DNA from: Candidatus Wolfebacteria bacterium GW2011_GWE2_44_13
GTDB taxonomy: Bacteria > Patescibacteriota > Minisyncoccia > UBA6257 > UBA9933
Length of the DNA stretch: 64,000 nt
Reading direction: 5' to 3'
Assembly (NCBI GenBank): GCA_001000675.1
Contig: LCHW01000001.1
Location: forward strand, 289,424 to 353,423
Each line of letters begins with the position of its first letter. Position 1 is the first letter of the stretch. Below the pieces are notes generated by a model. The model did not search any database. It was given only the letters and a program-made list of their open reading frames with translations, and had not been told where the DNA came from. Below, in pieces: positions 10,207 to 20,502 of this stretch. Position numbers and translations under genes: made by a program.

Positions 10207-12381
10207 ATGGTCCATGATTTATTGAAAGATACAACGGTTACCTACACCTGTTCGATGCACCCCGAAATTACATCGGAAACTCCAGGAAACTGCCCTAAGT
10301 GTGGCATGGGGCTTGTTTTGCAAGGTTCAACCGATGTTGCACTTCCGGGAGCTATTCCTCATGCATCTGATAAGCATGCGGGTCATACGGCAGCGTCTTT
10401 TTTGCGTAAATTTTGGATTGGACTATTGTTAAGTATTCCCGTTGTGTTGTACTCGGAGCTTCCTGAGGTACTACTAGGTGTGCGCATGCCTACATTCCCT
10501 GGGATGCAGTATCTTGGACCATTATTAGGCTCAATCATTTTTTTCTATGGCGGGTGGATTTTTCTTATTGGCGCGGTTAATGAAATTCGTGCAAAGTTGC
10601 CGGGGATGATGACACTTATTTCGCTTGCTATTGTGAGTGCGTATACCTATAGCATGTATGTTTTTGCTATAGGAGCTACGCATGCATTGTTCTGGGAGCT
10701 CGCAACGCTTATCACAATTATGTTATTGGGACATTATTTGGAAATGCGTTCGATTGATACGGCTCAGCACGCTTTGCGTGAGCTTGCTGCCTTATTGCCT
10801 GATACCGCCGAGATAATGGTTGGGCAAGTTACCCGCGGCGTTACGTTAGCAGAGCTAAATGTAAACGATCTTGTTATTGTAAAGCCAGGAGGAAAAATTC
10901 CAGCCGATGGTGTTGTTATTGAGGGAGAGTCTCAGGTGAATGAATCAATGATGACTGGCGAATCGAAACCGGTTGAGAAGAAGGTTAATAGCACTGTTGT
11001 GGCTGGAACAATTAATGGAGATGGACGATTAGTTGTTGCAATTACAAGAATTGGCGAAGGCACTTTTTTGGCGGGGGTTATGCGACTTGTTGCCGGTGCA
11101 CAAACGTCAAAGTCGCGATTACAGGTACTTGCCGACAAGACTGCTTTTTATTTAACAGGTATTGCAATTGTAACCGCGCTAAGTACGCTATTTATTTGGC
11201 TTTCGCTGGATAAGGGGACTGCTTTTGCGATGGAGCGTTTTATCGCCGTATTAGTTGTCGCATGTCCGCATGCACTGGGGCTCGCAGTGCCGCTTGTTGT
11301 TGCGATTTCAACCTCGATCGCTTCGCGTAATGGACTATTTATTAAAGATCGCCTTGCGCTTGAAGCAGCACGAACAATTGATATCGTATTGTTTGATAAA
11401 ACAGGCACGTTAACCGAGGGAGCGTATGGAGTGAATGCAATTATCCCCCTTACTAACACAACCACCGACGCAGATAAACAGGCTACTGTTGCGGCTCGTG
11501 AACAGGAGAATATTTTACGACTCGCTGCTTCGCTTGATTTTGCATCTGAACACCCTGTTTCACGTGCTATTGCAGGAGAGGCGATGAAGCGGGGTATTGA
11601 ACTCTTTCCCGTGACGCACTTTGTTCGAGTGCCTGGGAAAGGGGTAAGAGGGATTGTTCGCGGTATGCGTGTTGAAATTGGCGGTGAATCGCTAGTCGGA
11701 TCTAAAATGATAGATGGACTAGTGCAGGATGTGCATAGGGAGATAGCGCTTCTCGCAGGTAAGGGGCAGACAATCGTGTATGTTATGGCTGATGATAATC
11801 CGATTGGTGTTATTGCACTTGCCGACATTATTCGTCCTGAGGCAAAAGAGGCGATTGTTGCTTTGAAACGCCTCGGCATAAAGCCAGTTATGGTTACGGG
11901 AGATGCTGAGGAAGTTGCTGAATGGGTTGCACAGGATGTGGGTATTGCTGAATATTTCTTCCGCGTATCACCTCATGATAAAGTAGAAAAAATAAAAGCA
12001 TATCAAGAAAAAGGACTACGGGTTGCGATGGTTGGTGATGGTGTTAATGATGCTGCTGCATTGATGCAGGCAAATGTAGGTATTGCAATTGGTGCGGGAA
12101 CAAACGTCGCAATTGAATCAGCGGGTATTGTGTTGGCCAAAAACGATCCACGTGATGTTGTTAAAATAATTCGATTGGCGCGATTAACCTATCGCAAGAT
12201 GGTACAGAATTTATTCTGGGCTGCTGGCTATAATGTTATTGCCATTCCACTTGCTGCAGGAGCTTTGTATGCATGGGGTATTGTATTATCGCCCGCGATT
12301 TCTGCCATATTTATGTCAGTGAGTACGATTATCGTTGCTGCAAACGCATTGTTATTACGTCGAAATGGGCAGGTACTATAG
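10207..12381 (+). CDS. copper-translocating P1B-type ATPase (CopB-like, CPH motif)
   Basis: Motifs DKTGTLT, GDGVNDAAAL, TGES and transmembrane CPH (VVACPHALG). The N-terminal CxxC...CxxC metal-binding module (CSMHPE...CPKCGM) is followed by a His-rich stretch. Confidence 0.85.
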   Translation: MVHDLLKDTTVTYTCSMHPEITSETPGNCPKCGMGLVLQGSTDVALPGAIPHASDKHAGHTAASFLRKFWIGLLLSIPVVLYSELPEVLLGVRMPTFPGMQYLGPLLGSIIFFYGGWIFLIGAVNEIRAKLPGMMTLISLAIVSAYTYSMYVFAIGATHALFWELATLITIMLLGHYLEMRSIDTAQHALRELAALLPDTAEIMVGQVTRGVTLAELNVNDLVIVKPGGKIPADGVVIEGESQVNESMMTGESKPVEKKVNSTVVAGTINGDGRLVVAITRIGEGTFLAGVMRLVAGAQTSKSRLQVLADKTAFYLTGIAIVTALSTLFIWLSLDKGTAFAMERFIAVLVVACPHALGLAVPLVVAISTSIASRNGLFIKDRLALEAARTIDIVLFDKTGTLTEGAYGVNAIIPLTNTTTDADKQATVAAREQENILRLAASLDFASEHPVSRAIAGEAMKRGIELFPVTHFVRVPGKGVRGIVRGMRVEIGGESLVGSKMIDGLVQDVHREIALLAGKGQTIVYVMADDNPIGVIALADIIRPEAKEAIVALKRLGIKPVMVTGDAEEVAEWVAQDVGIAEYFFRVSPHDKVEKIKAYQEKGLRVAMVGDGVNDAAALMQANVGIAIGAGTNVAIESAGIVLAKNDPRDVVKIIRLARLTYRKMVQNLFWAAGYNVIAIPLAAGALYAWGIVLSPAISAIFMSVSTIIVAANALLLRRNGQVL

Positions 12382-12396
12382 CCCTATTTCACAAAA

Positions 12397-13692
12397 TTGG
12401 CTTTTTATATACAATACAAACATATGCATATTTTGGATGAATTAAAGGAACGGGGGCTTGTCTATCAGGTTTCCAATGAAGCAGCGGTGCGTGAATTAAT
12501 CGATCAAAAAGGTGGGTTATTTTATATTGGTTTTGACCCAACAGCATCGAGCTTGCATGTGGGGGGATTGTTGGGGATTGTATTTTCAAAGCGACTTGAA
12601 CTTGCGGGGATGATTCCGGTCATGCTTGTAGGGGGCGCAACAGGGCGTATTGGTGATCCGAGTGGACGCTCACAGGAGCGAACGCTGAATACCTACGACG
12701 CTGTTGAGTCAATGACCTCAGGCCTTGAGAAGCAAATTGGTCAATTCAATTTTGAACATGCTCATTTTGTAAATAATTATGATTGGCTTGGCATGATGCC
12801 ACTTGTTGATTTTTTGCGTGATGCAGGAAAATATTTTACCGTCAATGAAATGCTTGCAAAAGATTCGGTAAAAACGCGCATGGAAGATGGTATTTCATTT
12901 ACCGAATTTAGCTACCAACTATTACAAGCGTATGATTTTTTGAAGTTGTATGAATCGCGTAATGTTACCTTGCAACTTGGCGGTTCCGATCAGTGGGGAA
13001 ATATTACTGCCGGCATCGAGTTGGTCCGCAAGGTGAAGCATGTTGAAGTGCTTGGCATGACGATGCCATTGGTTACGCGTGCCGATGGAAAGAAAATGGG
13101 AAAGAGCGAGAGTGGCGCTGTGTGGCTTGATCCGACGATGACATCACCGTACCACCTGTATCAGTTTTGGCTTAATGTTGATGACGCTGATGTTGTTAAG
13201 TTTTTAAAATATTATACGTTTTTGGCGCTGGAAGAAATCGCCGTACTTGAACAGTCATTACAGACTGAGCCTGAAAAGCGTGAGGCACACAAGGCGCTTG
13301 CGGATGCGGTAACTGAATTTGTACATGGCAAGGAGGCGTTGGAGCAGGCAAAGAAAATGTCCGAAGTGTTGTTCGGAGGCGATATATTCGAAATCGTTTC
13401 GGATAAAAAGAAGTGCGAAGCATTGTTTGTCGGAAATATTGCTGTGCAGCAAATTAAAACGCTTAATACAATGACAATTGTAGATTTTCTTGCGTCGCTT
13501 GCGTGGAAGGCGCCGTTATCAAAGCGACAGGCAAAGGAAGATATCGAGGCTGGAGCAATTGAAATAAATGGAAAGAAAGTGAGTGATGGGGAGCAGGTAT
13601 TGGGCGTAGGGGAAAACGATGTATTATTTAACCGATATATTATCGTAAAAAGAGGCAAGAAAAATTACCATTTTGTAGAGGTTGTGCAATAA
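12397..13692 (+). CDS. tyrS: tyrosyl-tRNA synthetase
   Basis: Class I motifs HVGG (HIGH-like) and KMGKS, and a C-terminal S4-like domain. An alternative in-frame start MHILDE lies at 12424. Confidence 0.9.
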   Translation: MAFYIQYKHMHILDELKERGLVYQVSNEAAVRELIDQKGGLFYIGFDPTASSLHVGGLLGIVFSKRLELAGMIPVMLVGGATGRIGDPSGRSQERTLNTYDAVESMTSGLEKQIGQFNFEHAHFVNNYDWLGMMPLVDFLRDAGKYFTVNEMLAKDSVKTRMEDGISFTEFSYQLLQAYDFLKLYESRNVTLQLGGSDQWGNITAGIELVRKVKHVEVLGMTMPLVTRADGKKMGKSESGAVWLDPTMTSPYHLYQFWLNVDDADVVKFLKYYTFLALEEIAVLEQSLQTEPEKREAHKALADAVTEFVHGKEALEQAKKMSEVLFGGDIFEIVSDKKKCEALFVGNIAVQQIKTLNTMTIVDFLASLAWKAPLSKRQAKEDIEAGAIEINGKKVSDGEQVLGVGENDVLFNRYIIVKRGKKNYHFVEVVQ

Positions 13693-13693
13693 A

Positions 13694-13725
13694 TTAAAAT
13701 CCGCCTTTAAGGCGGATTTTTATTT
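13694..13725 (+). terminator. rho-independent terminator
   Basis: aaatccgcc-tttaa-ggcggattt followed by a T-run. Confidence 0.5.
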
Positions 13726-13770
13726 GGTTGATTTTTCGCTCAGTATCCCTATAATAAATAGGCTAATAAT

Positions 13771-13841
13771 GGGCCTGTAGTCTAGTGGTAGAACACGGCA
13801 TTCGCATTGCTGAGACGCGAGTTCGATTCTCGCCAGGTCCA
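13771..13841 (+). tRNA. tRNA-Ala (anticodon CGC)
   Basis: Manual fold: acceptor GGGCCUG/CAGGUCC with the G3:U70 Ala identity pair. Anticodon loop UUCGCAU. T-loop GTTCGATTC. CCA is not encoded. Confidence 0.8.
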
Positions 13842-14029
13842 CCCATATGCAAAAAGAACTCCGGAATGATTCTTTTTGCTACTTTTCTTGCTTTGTATGG
13901 GATATAATTAAGGGGAAATAGTCGTTGGCTCTTTATTATGCTCGGATCGGCGTGGAGTTTTGTGTTACTACGATTCCATGCTGACCTGACCGTTTGGAAA
14001 ATCAAATTAATAGTCGCTCAATCAAAACC

Positions 14030-14824
14030 ATGGAAGATATAAACGAAAAGCAAAAAGAAGTTGCAGAAACAAAGGTGTGCCCATTCTGCAGGAAAGAAAT
14101 ATCCATAGAGGCTACGAAGTGCCCCTATTGTCAATCAACCTTAATAACAGATAAAAATGCAAAATTAATTTTGATGTCGTCGTTAGGTTTATTTTTGATT
14201 TCATTTGGGGCCTTTATATTTTTCATTTCCATATTTTCTGCAGTCTTTGGAATAAATGTTACGCAGTATGTATGGTGGCTTATTATTCCATTTGCGCTAG
14301 GATTTATTTGGAAAAAACAAAAAATGGGTCAACAGAAGAAAATAGAATCCTCGCCAAGTCTTAAAAAAATTCCACTTCTAATATGGGCGCTCATTCTGTT
14401 GGTGGCGCCAATAGTAATAGTGGGGGTAATTTTTTTAGGAATTGTAATTATGGCCCCTGCGCCTTCTAATAGAAATAGTGCTCCCGTAATAAATACTCCT
14501 GCTCAACAAAAGGGTATCCAAGTGACAGCGATTCAGCTCGCAACAGATTATGAAGCGAATGAAATAGCCGCAGATACGAAGTATAAAGACCAGATTGTTG
14601 AGGTGACAGGAACGATTAAAGATATTAGTAAGGACATACTCGGTGCACCCTATATTATTTTAAGTGGGGACCCAAACTCGATTACAGATGTGCAGTGTAC
14701 CTTTGATAAGAGTAAACAAAACCAGCTTATACCGCTTACTAAAGATACAAAGATCACGCTACTTGGGAAAGTAAGCAGAAAACTTCTTAATGTACGTGTT
14801 GATGAGTGTTCTATAATTCAATAA
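14030..14824 (+). CDS. zinc-ribbon membrane protein, hypothetical
   Basis: Start MEDINEKQ. N-terminal CPFC...CPYC zinc ribbon, multiple TM helices and a ~150-aa C-terminal domain. AT-rich codon usage. Confidence 0.5.
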   Translation: MEDINEKQKEVAETKVCPFCRKEISIEATKCPYCQSTLITDKNAKLILMSSLGLFLISFGAFIFFISIFSAVFGINVTQYVWWLIIPFALGFIWKKQKMGQQKKIESSPSLKKIPLLIWALILLVAPIVIVGVIFLGIVIMAPAPSNRNSAPVINTPAQQKGIQVTAIQLATDYEANEIAADTKYKDQIVEVTGTIKDISKDILGAPYIILSGDPNSITDVQCTFDKSKQNQLIPLTKDTKITLLGKVSRKLLNVRVDECSIIQ

Positions 14825-15054
14825 ATTGTGTAATGCAAAAGAGCCTTAAATGGCTCTTTTTTATCCTATATTTAGGCTCCATGGCCTATTTCTGGGTTGG
14901 TAGAGTGACGCTGGGGAAACCTTTATTAAAGAGATATATAAACTACCATCTTTAGATTTGGAAGGGTTTCTGCGTCACGATTCTTGATATGTGAGAAGTT
15001 GGTTTGATTTATGCTCTGATTAAGGCAGGGCCTATATATGGAAAATCTAAAAAA

Positions 15055-15084
15055 TTGACAATAGGGTCTTGTTTTCGGGATAAT
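15055..15084 (+). promoter_or_regulatory. sigma70-like promoter (TTGACA-18 nt-GATAAT) upstream of the PHP-ATPase gene
   Basis: ttgaca at 15055-15060 and gataat at 15079-15084. RBS aaagggga lies before the ATG at 15113. Confidence 0.4.
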
Positions 15085-15112
15085 AGGTGCACAAAGGGGA
15101 ACATCTAATTAA

Positions 15113-17887
15113 ATGCCTAATAATAATCAATTTTTAAATGGTTCTGAGTGGCGCAAATGGGATTTACACGTCCATGCCCCTGGATCAAAACAACAGGAGT
15201 TGTATGTAACGGAGGATGGGAGCAATCCATTGGATGTTTTTTGTGACATTATAGAGCAATCTGATACCGATGTTTTTGGAATAACAGATTATTTTTCCGT
15301 AGAGAACTACTTTATTTTTCTTGAGTGGTTTAAGACAAAATTCCCTGATTCAAAGAAGGCGTTTTTCCCAAATATTGAATTTCGATTGGATGATAAAAAT
15401 AAAGAAAGTGACTATGTAAATTTTCATGTTATTTTTTCTGATGAAGTTGCGCAGGACGATATACAGAAATTTTTATGTGATATTGAACTTAAAAATTTGC
15501 ATCCTGATGGAGGGGGTTCAACTTTAAAGTGTAATCCAATTGATCTTGGAATGATTGGGTATGATAAAGCACTTGTGACCATCGATGCTATATTAGAGTC
15601 TCATAAAAAAACTTTTGGCAAGAGGGATATTTCCTTTATGTGTGGAGTTGCAAACGGATATGGTGGTATCAGGCCACCCCAGCAACAGGGGCGCCATACG
15701 GAATATGCAAAAATTGTTGACGATGTGTGCCAAATTTTTTTTGGGAGAGCTCAAGATAAAGACTTCTTTTTAGGCACTACTCGTTATGAGGGGTCAATAA
15801 GTAAGCCAGTAATATGCGGGTGTGATGCGCATTCATTTGATCAACTTAACGCATGGTTGGGGAAGCAAGTAATTAGTAATAACGAAAAGGGAGAAAGTTA
15901 TATTGAAAAGGATGTTACTTGGATTAAAGCTGACCAGACCTTTGAAGGTTTGCGCCAAATTCTTTATGAGCCAAGTGATAGGGTAAAAATTCAAGAGCAT
16001 TCTCCTTATGCAGATAATAGCAAAATATATTTTAAATCCCTTGATTTATCGGGCAGTGTAAATTTTATTTTGCCCGATATTGAACTACCGATAAATAGGG
16101 AGCTTGTAGCTATAATTGGTGGGAGAGGTAGTGGGAAAAGCGCCCTTTTGGATACTTTTGCTTTTTTAAATGAAGAGCATCTTAAAAAAGATCAGAATGG
16201 TAAAAAGAAAATAATCGAATATTATCGAGATAATGAGGGGTATGTAGAACCACGCCCTTCTTTTATGCTTACTACGACCCTAGTTGATAAGGATGGAGTT
16301 GAGCAGGATTTTGAAAAAACGCTTATTGATAGAGATGATATAGAGCTGCCCTTTTTATATCTCGGGCAGGAACAGTTAAGTGGTATTGCAACGAATGATT
16401 CTGAGCTTACGCGTACCGTTTGCCAATTGATTGGTATTGATATAAATGAAATTGGTACGGAAAGTCTTATTGCGCGTGCACGCACGACTCTTAGCGACAT
16501 TAATAATACTCGGAAATCACTTAGTGATATTTATGAAAGGTGTGCTTTAGTTGGGTATGTTCTTGGAACTGATATTACAGTTTGGTTAAGAGAGTATTGT
16601 AACAAGTTAAAAGAGCAGCAAAAAAGACTTTCTTCTAGGGAGACAAGGGATGTTCTAGAAGATATAAGTACTAAAACAAAGCGAGGTTTGAGGCTTAAAG
16701 ATTTAAATGAAAAAGTAGCCGTTCTCCTATCGACTCTAAAGGACATACCACTTAATGTCGAAATTAGTGCATTCAATCTTCAATTGAGAGAAATTTATAC
16801 CGACTGCCCAGAGCTTGCGCCTTTAAGCTCATCTTCTCAGATAGCAGCAGTTATAGCTCTCCAAAATAGAATAACAGCAGAAATGGATAAGTTGCGAACG
16901 GAAATTGCAACAAAGAAAATCGAGTTGATTAAGCAAGATATTAAGGAAGATGTAAATAGTCTTTTGCAGGCAAGCGAATCGCTTGAGCGTGAGATTGGCG
17001 TGGTTGAAAAAGATCAAAAAAACTGCGCTGATGCCGTTCTTAGGCTTGAAAATTTACATATTCAGCGTGGTAAAATTTTAGAGGATATTCAAACTTCTCT
17101 TAAATCGCTTGGCGAATCTATCTCTTCTGCCTTCAATTCTTTTCAGGGGTCTCGCTCTGATTCGATTACTATTGAGAAAGAATTGTTTGAGAAGATGATT
17201 AAAGGGATTAGTATAGAAGGGGCTATCGAGTTTAATCAAAGGGTATTTGCTAATAAGGTATTGACTGAGTTTGTGGATAGACGAACAGTCCCGAATGAAA
17301 TTACTCTGAGAGAATTAATAGCTGGTAAAAATACAGATGGCACAATAAAAGAGATTACACTTGAGAACCTTTTTTTGTGGGCACAATCTGATTTAGGTTC
17401 GCAAAAATGCTTCAGCCGTGGCGGGCTAGATAATTTAGTTGAGTACATTTTTACAGAATGGCCCGATTTTTTGAAAGTAAGGGCGGTGGCAAAACTTAAT
17501 GGAAAATCTACTGAAGTTCTATCTATCGGACAGCGAGGCACCTTGCTTTTGAAAGTGTATCTTGCGACAGCATCAGCAAAACAAGTTTTTGTAATCGACC
17601 AACCAGAGGATAATCTTGATAATAATTTTATAATGAATGAGCTTGTTCCGTTGATTCGAAATGCGAAACGCTCTAGGCAAATCATAATGTCTACCCATAA
17701 TGCAAACTTGGTTGTTAATGCAGATGCGGAGCAGGTGATTATAGCCCAGCTAGATCATCATCCGGCTGGCAGCTATTTAACTGGCAGTATTGAAGCCCCC
17801 GAAATAAATAAAAATATTAGGGATATTCTTGAGGGTGGCGAAGAAGCTTTTAGACAACGCGAGCGTAAATATTTTTTTAAGAGCTAA
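15113..17887 (+). CDS. PHP-domain phosphoesterase fused to Rad50/SbcC-like split ABC ATPase with a coiled-coil insert
   Basis: N-terminal PHP motif WRKWDLHVHAPGS. Rad50/RecF-type N-terminal head with Walker A (VAIIGGRGSGKSALLD). ~350-aa heptad-rich coiled-coil region. C-terminal ABC signature LSIGQRGTLLLK, Walker B/D-loop QVFVIDQPEDNLD and H-loop MSTHNANLV. Confidence 0.75.
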   Translation: MPNNNQFLNGSEWRKWDLHVHAPGSKQQELYVTEDGSNPLDVFCDIIEQSDTDVFGITDYFSVENYFIFLEWFKTKFPDSKKAFFPNIEFRLDDKNKESDYVNFHVIFSDEVAQDDIQKFLCDIELKNLHPDGGGSTLKCNPIDLGMIGYDKALVTIDAILESHKKTFGKRDISFMCGVANGYGGIRPPQQQGRHTEYAKIVDDVCQIFFGRAQDKDFFLGTTRYEGSISKPVICGCDAHSFDQLNAWLGKQVISNNEKGESYIEKDVTWIKADQTFEGLRQILYEPSDRVKIQEHSPYADNSKIYFKSLDLSGSVNFILPDIELPINRELVAIIGGRGSGKSALLDTFAFLNEEHLKKDQNGKKKIIEYYRDNEGYVEPRPSFMLTTTLVDKDGVEQDFEKTLIDRDDIELPFLYLGQEQLSGIATNDSELTRTVCQLIGIDINEIGTESLIARARTTLSDINNTRKSLSDIYERCALVGYVLGTDITVWLREYCNKLKEQQKRLSSRETRDVLEDISTKTKRGLRLKDLNEKVAVLLSTLKDIPLNVEISAFNLQLREIYTDCPELAPLSSSSQIAAVIALQNRITAEMDKLRTEIATKKIELIKQDIKEDVNSLLQASESLEREIGVVEKDQKNCADAVLRLENLHIQRGKILEDIQTSLKSLGESISSAFNSFQGSRSDSITIEKELFEKMIKGISIEGAIEFNQRVFANKVLTEFVDRRTVPNEITLRELIAGKNTDGTIKEITLENLFLWAQSDLGSQKCFSRGGLDNLVEYIFTEWPDFLKVRAVAKLNGKSTEVLSIGQRGTLLLKVYLATASAKQVFVIDQPEDNLDNNFIMNELVPLIRNAKRSRQIIMSTHNANLVVNADAEQVIIAQLDHHPAGSYLTGSIEAPEINKNIRDILEGGEEAFRQRERKYFFKS

Positions 17888-17962
17888 TTAAGATAAGGCG
17901 TTTTATCTGCTGGCAGAATTTTTTGAACCATGGTATTATTTTGAATAAATGTCTACACAAAT

Positions 17963-18910
17963 ATGGAAATAGAAATTTTTGAAGAAGATGGTAGCAATAC
18001 ACTTTCTCTTAGCGATAAAGACGTTGATTTTACTATTAACGTAGACACGGAGTCAAAAACTTATAGGTCAAGAATGAGTTTAAATGATGATGTCTATTAT
18101 CGCACGGAAAATTTTCAATATAGAATTTCTGTAGACCCTATTCGCCTTGAAGTTCGATTAGTTGCGCGACTCGATGAACCGCCACCTGACAAATACTCAG
18201 TCAAAGATGGGGTAGTTTTGGAGTCTGAAATTCTTGCAGACCGAGGTGAACTTATGGCTTCAATGACTAAGGAATTTATTAATGGCCTCAAAAAAGAAGT
18301 TGAATGGCATGAGGAGTGGGTTGGCGACCCTGTTTCCATGTACCTCCTTTTAAAGCACCCTGAAATAATTTCCCCCGATGATTACCGACGTCACTTGCGA
18401 CAGTTAGCAGAAAAAATAAAGTCAGCAACTCTTAAAGTTAGGAAAGCACTTGAACTAGATAAAACGGGTTTGCAAATAACCGATGAGTACGAAGGTTCAG
18501 GGCGTGCAATTTGGTATTCGAAATCAAAACAGGACGGAATGTCCGAAGAGGAAATCAATGACGCCATAAAGCACCAGAAAAAAGTTCAAGAGAGATTGTT
18601 TGATGAGAAATCAAATGAATATGTCGGCATTTCCGAAAGTGAGTTTAGGTCGAGCGACCAAATACTAAAATATATTGATGTGTTTCTGAGTAAGAAGTCC
18701 GCGCCTACCAAAAAAGAAGAAAAGAACAAGGCATCTTTTGGTATTAACTTTGGAGCTTTTATTATTAAATGGATTTGGCTATTTGTTGTTGTGTCTGTAG
18801 CCCTCGGGCTACTTTCTTTGATTGTTAACATCCTTCAATACGATTTTACCTTTGCGTTTGTTACTTCGGGCATCTTGGCGTTTTCCCTAATTCTTCGACA
18901 GAATAAGTGA
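17963..18910 (+). CDS. hypothetical protein with a C-terminal two-TM membrane anchor, partner of the PHP-ATPase
   Basis: 315-aa ORF 75 nt downstream on the same strand. Soluble ~250-aa N-terminal domain, then FGINFGAFIIKWIWLFVVVSVALGLLSLIV and FAFVTSGILAFSLIL. Confidence 0.55.
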   Translation: MEIEIFEEDGSNTLSLSDKDVDFTINVDTESKTYRSRMSLNDDVYYRTENFQYRISVDPIRLEVRLVARLDEPPPDKYSVKDGVVLESEILADRGELMASMTKEFINGLKKEVEWHEEWVGDPVSMYLLLKHPEIISPDDYRRHLRQLAEKIKSATLKVRKALELDKTGLQITDEYEGSGRAIWYSKSKQDGMSEEEINDAIKHQKKVQERLFDEKSNEYVGISESEFRSSDQILKYIDVFLSKKSAPTKKEEKNKASFGINFGAFIIKWIWLFVVVSVALGLLSLIVNILQYDFTFAFVTSGILAFSLILRQNK

Positions 18911-19118
18911 AGTGGGTTTGTGTGAAATTAGGGTCGTTTTTGCTTGCCTAAGCAATTCCGGCAACTTCTTGATATATTCCGATAGTTCCAATAAGTGGTC
19001 CCCATTTCCACAATTTGTAATTTTAATAAGAAATTGACATATTATTTAAAATATGTCACTGTATTTTTAGTGCGTACGTTCTTTTTTAACCTCATAACAG
19101 ATAGAAAGGAGTCTTCCT

Positions 19119-20372
19119 ATGTGGGATCCATATTCGGAATTTCAGTCGGCAATATTGCCAAATGGTCTGACGGTGCACGCGGCTTATTGGCCAGGACGTC
19201 CATGGGAATCTATAGGATTCCTTGTTCACAGTGGAGCTGAACATGATCCGATTGGACTCGAAGGGTTGGCGCATTTTGTTGAGCATTTGGTTTCTGATAA
19301 TGCAAACGTCCCCAATAAAGAAATACACGCGTTTTTTGAAGACTGCGGCGGTAGAGTTAATCTTGGAATAACTGATTATCCGGACACGCGTTATAATTTT
19401 TTTGTGCCGACGGGTAAGGCAGTTCTTGCAAGAGCTTTCTCAGTATTTGGCCACATGTTGTTTTCGGCCAAGTTTGAAAAATGCATCGAACGAGAGCGCC
19501 AAGTTGTTCTCGAGGAGTTTAATCGTCGCTACACAAACAATCTTAAGTTTGACCTGGATACTCGCGAACGCAAGGCGCTTTATACTGATTGTTGGCTCGG
19601 ACGATTTGTTCGTCCGCTTGGCAATCCCGAATCGGTTAAACGAATAACGCAAGCTGACTTGCAGTCGTATTACAACACGCATTACGTACCCGCAAACATG
19701 AGTATTGTGGCGGTTGGTGGTATGCAACTTTCGGAACTCGTCGAACTTCTCTCAGAAAGTCCTTTTGCGATGAGCAAGAACGGGGCGCGAACGTCGCTGC
19801 CAATTCCAGTAACTAATATTTCTTTACCCTTGGAGGCTTGTTATGTGGTCGAAGCTTCTAAGTACGTTTCCATCCCAATCAACGTCGGTTCCTACCGAAG
19901 TGTTGCTAAGGTGCCAGGTAATATCAATGGACAGGCGCTTTACATTCTGAAGAAGATGCTTGATGAAATATTGAACGAAGAAGTACGAGAGCGGCGCGCT
20001 TGGGCGTATGCCATTGATAGCTCTCGCCGTAGCTTTCGACATTTCTATGAATTTTCAATCAACTGTAGCGCGCTCGCGCTCAAGGCGATTGATAATCTCG
20101 AGAAAGTTGTCGAGACTTGTATTGCTACAGCGGGAAGCAGCGAGGGCTTATTTGCTCAAATCAAGCGTCAGTCTCTCGCGAATCATTTCATGATTGACCC
20201 GACGGGCAGAGGTGTCTGCGATGGCGCACTTGATGATCTTACTCACGCACACCGAATCATCTCTCTTTCAGAAAACGCTCATGATCTTGAATGCGTGACG
20301 ATGGACGATGTTCGTGATGCACTTCAGTGGCTTCGACCAGAACAACGGTGGACGCTTATCACGAAGCCCTGA
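19119..20372 (+). CDS. M16-family (insulinase-like) zinc peptidase
   Basis: Inverted zinc-binding motif HFVEH (HxxEH) near the N-terminus. RBS aaggag precedes the ATG. Confidence 0.75.
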   Translation: MWDPYSEFQSAILPNGLTVHAAYWPGRPWESIGFLVHSGAEHDPIGLEGLAHFVEHLVSDNANVPNKEIHAFFEDCGGRVNLGITDYPDTRYNFFVPTGKAVLARAFSVFGHMLFSAKFEKCIERERQVVLEEFNRRYTNNLKFDLDTRERKALYTDCWLGRFVRPLGNPESVKRITQADLQSYYNTHYVPANMSIVAVGGMQLSELVELLSESPFAMSKNGARTSLPIPVTNISLPLEACYVVEASKYVSIPINVGSYRSVAKVPGNINGQALYILKKMLDEILNEEVRERRAWAYAIDSSRRSFRHFYEFSINCSALALKAIDNLEKVVETCIATAGSSEGLFAQIKRQSLANHFMIDPTGRGVCDGALDDLTHAHRIISLSENAHDLECVTMDDVRDALQWLRPEQRWTLITKP

Positions 20373-20502
20373 CTTTTGTCGAATAGCACGGCGGCTAAAT
20401 ATTCATCTTAGGATGATTGATTTAGCCGCTTTTTTTATATTACTTTTGTTTTATTGGGTGGATTTGGCTATACTTAGAAAATAGATTTATCGAGATTAAC
20501 GT

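Noticed and set aside
11148-11879. 243-aa minus-strand ORF (plus 10932-11138) inside the copper ATPase gene
   Set aside because: It lies entirely antisense to a well-supported P-type ATPase CDS. The translation is Ser/Ala/Thr/Pro-rich and looks like an antisense artefact.
13763-14005. 80-aa minus ORF covering tRNA-Ala
   Set aside because: It is antisense to the tRNA (its 'GENRTRVSAM' segment is the T-arm read backwards) and has no support as a gene.
18911-19118. Downstream att-like duplicate of the tRNA-Ala 3' end that would bound the PHP-ATPase island
   Set aside because: Only a weak, gapped resemblance to the tRNA-Ala T-arm/acceptor was seen (ttccgatagttcc...aagtggtcccca). It is not convincing enough to call an island boundary.
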